A DNA stretch of 64,000 nt, taken from positions 59,562 through 123,561 of IMG/VR virus record IMGVR_UViG_3300025652_009361. One strand, 5' to 3'. The notes below the pieces were generated by a model, which did not search any database, had not been told where the DNA came from, and worked only from the letters and a program-made list of their open reading frames with translations. Of this stretch, positions 57,526 through 64,000 are shown in pieces (position 1 is the stretch's first letter; each line of letters starts with the position of its first letter). This DNA comes from a virus. Both the position numbers and the translations under genes were made by a program.

Positions 57526-57825
57526 ATGTGGTACAATCATAAAACAATTAGATATACATACGAACCTTCTGACAAGGGAATCATTTTTAACTTTGAACTC
57601 CCCGGCAAAGCCAAACAAGATGTAAAGGTTTTTCACAAGAACAATTCATTGAACATTAAAGTGAAAAATAAAGACACTTTTAATATCGACCTAGATGAAT
57701 ATTCTCATTACTATAGCGAAGAAAAATACGATTTTAATAAGACTAAAGCTAAAATGCTAAACGGAATGTTAACAGTAAATATTCCAAAAAAGCAAGAACA
57801 ACAACAGTTAATTGAAATAACTTGA
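57526..57825 (+). CDS. Small heat-shock protein (Hsp20/alpha-crystallin domain)
   Basis: ELPGKAKQDVKV...LNIK...AKMLNGMLTVNIPK. Start adjusted to ATG 57526. Confidence 0.85.
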   Translation: MWYNHKTIRYTYEPSDKGIIFNFELPGKAKQDVKVFHKNNSLNIKVKNKDTFNIDLDEYSHYYSEEKYDFNKTKAKMLNGMLTVNIPKKQEQQQLIEIT

Positions 57826-57843
57826 TGTTAGTTAAATTGTAAG

Positions 57844-57877
57844 TTAAAGCGCAGGGCAACCTGCGCTTTAATTTTTT
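57844..57877 (+). terminator. Intrinsic terminator
   Basis: TTAAAGCGCAGG-GCAA-CCTGCGCTTTAA-TTTTTT. Confidence 0.85.
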
Positions 57878-57900
57878 AACAGTAAGTGTATAATCAATAT

Positions 57901-58290
57901 ATGATCTACAGTTTTAGAAACACCAAAACAAATGAAATAAGAGAAATCGAAATGCCTATGAAAGATTACAAACCTTATAAAGGCCAAAACGGCAAAGAAG
58001 ATTTTTGGGAGCGAATTTACGAGTTACCTCAAGTTAATATTGGAAACTCTAAAGCTGGAGATCCATTTGATAAAAATTCTTTTATACATAAAACCGGAAA
58101 CATGAAAGGTTCTTATGGAGATATGTTAGACTACTCTTCTGAGCTATCAGAAAAAAGAGCAGCTTTACATGGAGGGGAAGACCCAGTAAAACGCAAGCAT
58201 TTTGATAATTACGAAAAGAAAACTGGCAAAAAACACTTAAAAGATCGCCCTAAAAAAATTGAAACAAAAAACGCTACAATAGAATTTTAA
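57901..58290 (+). CDS. Hypothetical protein (FmdB-like N-terminus without Cys)
   Basis: MIYSFRNTKTNEIREIEMPM. GTGTA 10 nt upstream. Confidence 0.7.
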   Translation: MIYSFRNTKTNEIREIEMPMKDYKPYKGQNGKEDFWERIYELPQVNIGNSKAGDPFDKNSFIHKTGNMKGSYGDMLDYSSELSEKRAALHGGEDPVKRKHFDNYEKKTGKKHLKDRPKKIETKNATIEF

Positions 58291-59378
58291 GAGAACCTAC
58301 AGACCCCATCTATTGCAAAATTTCCAGACTCAGTTATAGGAAAAGTAAAAGCCCCTTGAAAAACGAAACTCTCACCTATCTGTGTAGCCATTTGTTGAGA
58401 CACTAACTTAGCTCCTGTTATAGAATAAGTAAGTTTATCTGTTGTATAATCATCACAATCCCTTAATTTTATTTTAAAATTATAATCTTGATTCTGGAAA
58501 ATAACTCCAGTTTGATTACCCGTGTTAAATCCATCAAATATAACATTCATTGATAGCTCCCCAACAGATGGATACATTAATTGTCGCTCAAAAGGATAAT
58601 CGCTACCGAATCCAACCAAATCTCTTCTTTCAAAAGGTATATTTATTTGATAATTTTGTATTTTTCCAGAAGAAACAAATCTAACTCCCCCATCTTTTTC
58701 TGTTGAATCTTCTAATTCTAAAGTTATATCTCCGGGTCTAATAAAATTTTCCTCATTAGCAAAATTACTTATGTAATTCTCTTTTCTAAAATTATTACTT
58801 GCTAAAGTGTATGTGTAACTTGTTATGTTTCCGCTTTCTAAAGATGGAATTATATTCGACCCATCATAATCTTGAAATATTACATTTGAACCCGCAAAAG
58901 AAACGTTTGCAGAAGGTAAAGCTCCTACAGCTGCCGAGCAAGAATAATTTGTTATATAAGCGTTACCTAGAGCTAAAACCTGCACTCCATTAAAGTTAGA
59001 TAACCCTGTCACATCCCTTACAGCAGTTCCAGTATCAAACAAGAAAAATAAATTTTTATCAGTTCCAGTAACATTTAAACCACTATAAATACCGACACCG
59101 CTAGCATTTAAACCCAAAACTAATTCATTAGAATTATTTTGACTAACATAAGTTATATCACAAGCAACCGTTGGAGGCATATAGTTCGTGTTATAAAGAA
59201 AATCATCATAACCTATATGTTTTTTGTTTGCTATATTATTTGAAATAGTGATAGAAGATTCTTGTACTCTATCTATTCTTTTTAGGGAGTATGTGCTTGT
59301 ATGCGCTTGCGCGGCTGGGCTATCTGAAATTAAAATATCAGTACTGGCATATATTATTCTGTTCGCTCTTGTAGCCAT
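58287..59378 (-). CDS. Probable virion structural protein (tail-tube-like)
   Basis: Beta-rich with an internally duplicated tube-like pattern (RVQESSITIS / IQNYQINIPFER). Next to the tail fibre. GTGTA 10 nt upstream. Confidence 0.5.
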   Translation of the reverse strand: MATRANRIIYASTDILISDSPAAQAHTSTYSLKRIDRVQESSITISNNIANKKHIGYDDFLYNTNYMPPTVACDITYVSQNNSNELVLGLNASGVGIYSGLNVTGTDKNLFFLFDTGTAVRDVTGLSNFNGVQVLALGNAYITNYSCSAAVGALPSANVSFAGSNVIFQDYDGSNIIPSLESGNITSYTYTLASNNFRKENYISNFANEENFIRPGDITLELEDSTEKDGGVRFVSSGKIQNYQINIPFERRDLVGFGSDYPFERQLMYPSVGELSMNVIFDGFNTGNQTGVIFQNQDYNFKIKLRDCDDYTTDKLTYSITGAKLVSQQMATQIGESFVFQGAFTFPITESGNFAIDGVCRFS

Positions 59379-59400
59379 TTACATATATTACACTAAAAAT

Positions 59401-59434
59401 AAAAAAAATGGCAACCCTAAAAGAGCTGCCATTT
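59401..59434 (-). terminator. Intrinsic terminator
   Basis: AAATGGCA...TGCCATTT stem with T-tract on the minus strand. Confidence 0.65.
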
Positions 59435-59455
59435 ATTTATCATATATTATTTATT

Positions 59456-59746
59456 TTAACAGGCAGAAGGCCCAGAAGGGCCAGATCCCCCAACATCTGC
59501 AGGGCCAGAAAATGTTACCTCATTATTTGCTGGACCTGTAGGGCCAGAACCAGCTCCACCTGAAGTAGTAGAGCTTAAAATACTAGCATCTCCTCCCGCT
59601 GCTTGAAATTCTTGTTGAATTTTTTTACTTAAAATGACTCCAGCTTCCGCCGCGTTAAGACCCTGAGCTCTTACCGCAATATCTAATAATTGAATAAGAA
59701 CTTGAGCCTCATTTAAATTGAATTTTACATTAACTTCGTTTTCCAT
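59456..59746 (-). CDS. Small tail-fibre-associated protein with G/P/S-rich tail
   Basis: Helical N-terminus (LIQLLDIAVRAQG), SGPxGP repeats. Start adjusted to ATG 59746. Confidence 0.65.
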   Translation of the reverse strand: MENEVNVKFNLNEAQVLIQLLDIAVRAQGLNAAEAGVILSKKIQQEFQAAGGDASILSSTTSGGAGSGPTGPANNEVTFSGPADVGGSGPSGPSAC

Positions 59747-59777
59747 AATATTATATAATACAGTATATTGTAAAAGA

Positions 59778-62700
59778 TTATTGTGGTTTTTCAATAACAT
59801 CCTTTAAAAATTTTACCTGTCCTTCTAAATCTTCTATTTTTGTTTGATGCTCTTTAACTAGCTCTAATAATACGGCTAATATTTCTCCAGTGCTTATAAC
59901 TCTTTCGTCTTGATAATTTTCGCCTTCATTACACGAAACTGCGCTTGGAATTGCTTTTTCTACTTCTTGAGCAATAAAACCGATATTACATTTGTTTAAT
60001 TGTTTTGGGTTAGATTTAACTGCTGGTGAATCGCTTTTCCATTTAAAATTAACCCCCCTCATTGACATTACTGTACAAGCTAAACCTCCTATTGTTTTTA
60101 TTGACGTGATATCAGTTTTGAATCTTTTGTCTGAAGAACAATGCACTCCTACAGTACAAACACATGACGTGCCACATAAAACAGTACCTGTTATATTCGA
60201 AGCAGCAACAATATTAGAGCAAGCGCAAACATCACCAGATAAACAAGACTTACCCCCGTTTAGTAAGGCATATCCTCCATTATCTTTATTACCTACTACA
60301 TTTATATATCCATAAACAGCTAACGCCGCATTATTGCTAGCGCCTATCGTAACATCATTAGCATTAGTTGTTATATGAGCGGGAGTTGTTCCAGCTGAAC
60401 CAGATGAACCACTTGATCCAGATGAACCACTTATTCCAGAAGATCCAGATGAACCACTTGATCCAGATGAACCACTTGATCCAGATGAACCACTTGATCC
60501 AGATGAACCAGATGATCCAGATGAACCACTAGATCCAGAAGAACCAGATGAACCACTTGATCCAGATGAACCCGAAGCTCCATTTGTTCTTACATGCAAT
60601 TCCCCATTACCATCAACAACTACAAAGTTAGTCAAACTTGCATCCGTATCAAGAGTATCGATGGTTACTTTACCTGCAACATGAAGTGTAGTTGACGGAC
60701 TTGCTGTACTTATACCAACTTTGTCACTGCTTCCATCGACAAAGAAAAGGTTTGAATCAGTGTCGCCTTCTATTCTAAAATCAAAAGCAGCACCACTTTC
60801 GTTAAATACAGTATCTCCATTTCCGTTTATAATAACACTGTTAGAACTAGTGGCAGTTCTTAGTGTCAGTTCGCCTCCAGTCGTACTAACACCTCTTAGA
60901 TTAACGTATTTATCAGCTCCTTGTCCAAGAGAAAGCTGCGCTCCCATAATAATGCTGTTATAATCATAAAGTAATAATTCTGCCAACACTATACCTCCAG
61001 TATTATCCCAATAACGATTCTCTACTAAAGAGTTAACTGCTGTAGAATACTGCCAAAACGCTCCATTGAGTGCAAAATCACCTCGCACATCTAATTTCTT
61101 AGATGGATCTACTGTGCCTATACCAACTTTACCATTAGAAAACACAAAATCACTTTCAACAGTGGCATTAGGAGCACTGCCATTCAATGTGATCACACCG
61201 TTATCTGTTGATCCCGTTAAACTCAATAAACCAGATGTTCCACTTGATCCAGATGAACCAGAATCACCAGCACTTCCTGAAATTCCACTTGATCCAGATG
61301 AACCACTTGTTCCAGATGAACCGCTTGATCCAGATGTTCCACTTGATCCAGATGAACCACTTGTTCCAGATGAACCACTTGATCCAGATGAACCAGATGA
61401 ACCAGATGAACCACTAGATCCAGAAGAACCAGATGAACCTGAAGAACCAGATGAACCTGAAGAACCAGATGAACCTGAAGAACCAGATGATCCAGATGAA
61501 CCCGAAGCTCCATTTGTTCTTACATGCAATTCCCCATTACCATCAACAACTACAAAGTTAGTCAAACTTGCATCCGTATCAAGAGTATCGATGGTTACTT
61601 TACCTGCTACATGAAGCTTGGTTGATGGACTTACAGTACCTATACCAATATTCCTGCTACTATCAATAACAATGGCAGCATTAGTAATACTACTATTACC
61701 AATAAAATTACCGGAAGAATCATTGTTGAAACGAAGTGATAAACCTGCTTTTTTGCTTTGAGGATCAACGCCTAACTGAAAGTAAGAGGTTATATTAGAA
61801 GTGTTTTTAGCATTTATTTCTATTCCTTTGCAATTGACATTAGTATTAAAATCATTTTGAAATCTAGCTAAAGTATAAGTAGTATCAATATCAGCACTAA
61901 CACGAAGCGGCTCACTGTCAGTAGAGCCATGAACCCCAACCCCATCAGCCGTTAAAACTAAAACATTTTCAGTTGCAACACTTTTGAAACTCATATATTC
62001 TCCACCGCCACTATGATTATAATGAATCCAACCAGCATCATTTTCAGCAGCGTCACCAAAATATATGTATGAGTCACCATCATTCTCAGTATGTAAAGAA
62101 AGAGCCGATATAGTAGTATCTTTTATTACCAACTGAGCATTAGTATTTGCATTCGTACTAGTATCTGTTTCTGTTATTGTTAGAGTGCTGCTATCAAAAA
62201 CAAGATTGCTTTCAACAGTAGCATTAGGAGCGCTGCCATTCAATGTGATCACACCGTTATCTGTTGATCCCGTTAAACTCAATAAACCTGAAGAACCAGA
62301 TGAACCACTTGATCCAGATGAACCACTTGATCCAGATGAACCACTTGATCCAGATGAACCACTTGATCCAGATGAACCACTTGATCCAGATGAACCACTT
62401 GATCCAGATGAACCACTTGATCCAGATGAACCTGAAGAACCAGATGAACCAGAATTACCAGCAGTTCCATCTACACCTGAAGTTCCACTAGATCCAGAAG
62501 AACCAGATGAACCACTAGATCCAGAAGAACCAGATGAACCAGATGAACCACTAGATCCAGAAGAACCAGATGAACCAGATGAACCACTAGATCCAGAAGA
62601 ACCAGATGAACCTGAAGAACCAGATGATCCAGATGAACCCGAAGCTCCATTTGTTCTTACATGCAATTCCCCATTACCATCAACAACTACAAAGTTAGTC

Positions 62701-64000
62701 AAACTTGCATCCGTATCAAGAGTATCGATGGTTACTTTACCTGCTACATGAAGCTTGGTTGATGGACTTGCAGTACCTATACCAACATTACCATTATTTA
62801 GAATTGTTAATTTATTATTATAACCGCCACCTGCATAAGTATAAAATTCTACTTTTTGTGCAGCTCTTAATACTATTGAATTAGTCGAATGGGCTGCGGT
62901 AATAGTAAGGTCATTACTACTTGCATCTCCCGCTTGGTTTGTTAAAGTTATATCAGCACCAATAATTGATCCAGACTTACTAAAGTTAAACCCTTGCCCG
63001 AAAATATTTCCCCTAACATCTAACTTAGCAGTCGATAAAACAGCCGTTGTGCCTATACCGACATTACCATCACCTAATATAGTTATACCATTTGTTTGAG
63101 TAGACTGGGTGTATATTTTAATAGCATTATTTTCAATATTATTAATAAATAACTCTGCTCCATTTAAACCTATTCTAGAACCGTTTGATGTTCCGTATCC
63201 AGTTGTACTGTTATGAAACCTTAATTTATTATCAACCCCAGACACTTCATGTAAATCCAAGCCAGTCATTTCAATTACAGGAGCATCAAAAGCTGTTGTA
63301 TCTGTAGTGTAAACGCTGCCAGCGGATAAGCCGCCAAAACGGTTAGAAGCAAGATAATCTGATGAATAACCATAAGCTTTGACTGACACTCTTATTCCAT
63401 TTCCTGTGCTTACTCTATGGGCTATTGTAATGTAGTATTGACCAGTAGTTGTGTTAAAATTAATTCCTTCTATGCCCCATTGACTAGAGATTGCCCCATA
63501 AACAGATGTATAATAATTTGTATTATCATAAATTTGTGAAGTATAATTTCCTGAAGTTCCTCCCGGGACGTTTAACCCAACTGAAAACACTTTAGTTAAT
63601 TTACCAGTACTTAACTGGTTACTATAAGTAGAAGTGAGCGTTACTTCTAAATACCCCCAAAACAGAGTTCCGTTAAAATAAGGAAAAGATATGTCAACTT
63701 TTTGATTAGCTGTAGAGTTAGGGAAACTAATACCAAAAACTTTTTCTGCTGTATAGGAATTAGTACGAATAGATGTTCTATTATTATCTAATCCATAAGC
63801 TGGGGTTGTTGTACCTATACCAACTTTACCATCAGAAAACACAAAATCACTTTCAACAGTGGCATTAGGAGCACTGCCATTCAATGTGATCACACCGTTA
63901 TCTGTTGATCCCGTTAAACTCAATAAACCTGAAGAACCAGATGAACCACTTGATCCAGATGAACCACTTGATCCAGATGAACCACTTGATCCAGATGAAC
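59778..64000 (-). CDS. Long modular tail fibre with (SSG)n repeats and C-terminal peptidase S74 intramolecular chaperone (5'-truncated)
   Basis: GNVGIGT repeats, SSG tracts, SSDKRFKTDI...FKWK...GFIAQEVE and a coiled-coil end. Frame stays open past 63923 to the window edge. Confidence 0.9.
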   Translation of the reverse strand, partial: SSGSSGSSGSSGSSGSSGSSGSSGLLSLTGSTDNGVITLNGSAPNATVESDFVFSDGKVGIGTTTPAYGLDNNRTSIRTNSYTAEKVFGISFPNSTANQKVDISFPYFNGTLFWGYLEVTLTSTYSNQLSTGKLTKVFSVGLNVPGGTSGNYTSQIYDNTNYYTSVYGAISSQWGIEGINFNTTTGQYYITIAHRVSTGNGIRVSVKAYGYSSDYLASNRFGGLSAGSVYTTDTTAFDAPVIEMTGLDLHEVSGVDNKLRFHNSTTGYGTSNGSRIGLNGAELFINNIENNAIKIYTQSTQTNGITILGDGNVGIGTTAVLSTAKLDVRGNIFGQGFNFSKSGSIIGADITLTNQAGDASSNDLTITAAHSTNSIVLRAAQKVEFYTYAGGGYNNKLTILNNGNVGIGTASPSTKLHVAGKVTIDTLDTDASLTNFVVVDGNGELHVRTNGASGSSGSSGSSGSSGSSGSSGSSGSSGSSGSSGSSGSSGSSGSSGSSGSSGSSGTSGVDGTAGNSGSSGSSGSSGSSGSSGSSGSSGSSGSSGSSGSSGSSGSSGSSGSSGSSGSSGSSGLLSLTGSTDNGVITLNGSAPNATVESNLVFDSSTLTITETDTSTNANTNAQLVIKDTTISALSLHTENDGDSYIYFGDAAENDAGWIHYNHSGGGEYMSFKSVATENVLVLTADGVGVHGSTDSEPLRVSADIDTTYTLARFQNDFNTNVNCKGIEINAKNTSNITSYFQLGVDPQSKKAGLSLRFNNDSSGNFIGNSSITNAAIVIDSSRNIGIGTVSPSTKLHVAGKVTIDTLDTDASLTNFVVVDGNGELHVRTNGASGSSGSSGSSGSSGSSGSSGSSGSSGSSGSSGSSGSSGSSGSSGSSGTSGSSGSSGTSGSSGSSGTSGSSGSSGISGSAGDSGSSGSSGTSGLLSLTGSTDNGVITLNGSAPNATVESDFVFSNGKVGIGTVDPSKKLDVRGDFALNGAFWQYSTAVNSLVENRYWDNTGGIVLAELLLYDYNSIIMGAQLSLGQGADKYVNLRGVSTTGGELTLRTATSSNSVIINGNGDTVFNESGAAFDFRIEGDTDSNLFFVDGSSDKVGISTASPSTTLHVAGKVTIDTLDTDASLTNFVVVDGNGELHVRTNGASGSSGSSGSSGSSGSSGSSGSSGSSGSSGSSGSSGSSGSSGSSGSSGISGSSGSSGSSGSAGTTPAHITTNANDVTIGASNNAALAVYGYINVVGNKDNGGYALLNGGKSCLSGDVCACSNIVAASNITGTVLCGTSCVCTVGVHCSSDKRFKTDITSIKTIGGLACTVMSMRGVNFKWKSDSPAVKSNPKQLNKCNIGFIAQEVEKAIPSAVSCNEGENYQDERVISTGEILAVLLELVKEHQTKIEDLEGQVKFLKDVIEKPQ
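60390..64000. repeat. 9/18-bp tandem repeats (GATCCAGATGAACCACTT) and three near-identical copies each of two flanking blocks
   Basis: Block A at 60571-60677, 61501-61607, 62638-62744. Block B at ~61153-61232, ~62210-62288, ~63850-63929. Confidence 0.9.

Noticed and set aside
60390-64000. CRISPR array or DGR; also the plus-strand PDEPLD and QMNHLI repeat ORFs
   Set aside because: The repeats are in-frame coding SSG tracts with no unique spacers. No reverse transcriptase or adenine-specific TR/VR pair is present. The other ORFs are alternate-frame shadows.

Overview
AT-rich, gene-dense fragment of a large tailed bacteriophage genome. Most genes lie on the minus strand. There is no rRNA, CRISPR array or IS element. 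Contents: tRNA-Arg(UCU); DNA repair and nucleotide metabolism genes (UvsE, ThyX, dUTPase, class II RNR, dNMP kinase); a replication/recombination block (RecA, DnaB, DnaG, RecB/Cas4-like nuclease, and DNA Pol III alpha split into separate PHP, DEDDh-exonuclease and polymerase genes); a tubulin/FtsZ-family GTPase next to a ClpC-like ATPase; an outer-membrane beta-barrel plus a small membrane/lysis cluster; a phage sigma factor; Hsp20; a probable tail-tube-like protein; and a 5'-truncated modular tail fibre with (SSG)n repeats and an S74 chaperone domain. The main signal is a ~20 kb glycan island (34.5-54.7 kb) with three apparent pathways: GDP-colitose (Gmd/ColD/ColC), a C4-branched higher sugar (RmlB-like, E1/RfbH, CDG-motif ThDP enzyme, DmpF/DmpG, SDR; erwiniose-like by inference), and an unusual ulosonic-acid module with a Maf-like transferase and a sulfotransferase. 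These may glycosylate the Ser-rich virion fibre. Three promoter classes are visible: sigma70-like, a recurring GTGTA element 10-14 nt before start codons, and a sigma54-type site before hsp20. All family calls come from motif recognition by eye; no database searches were run.
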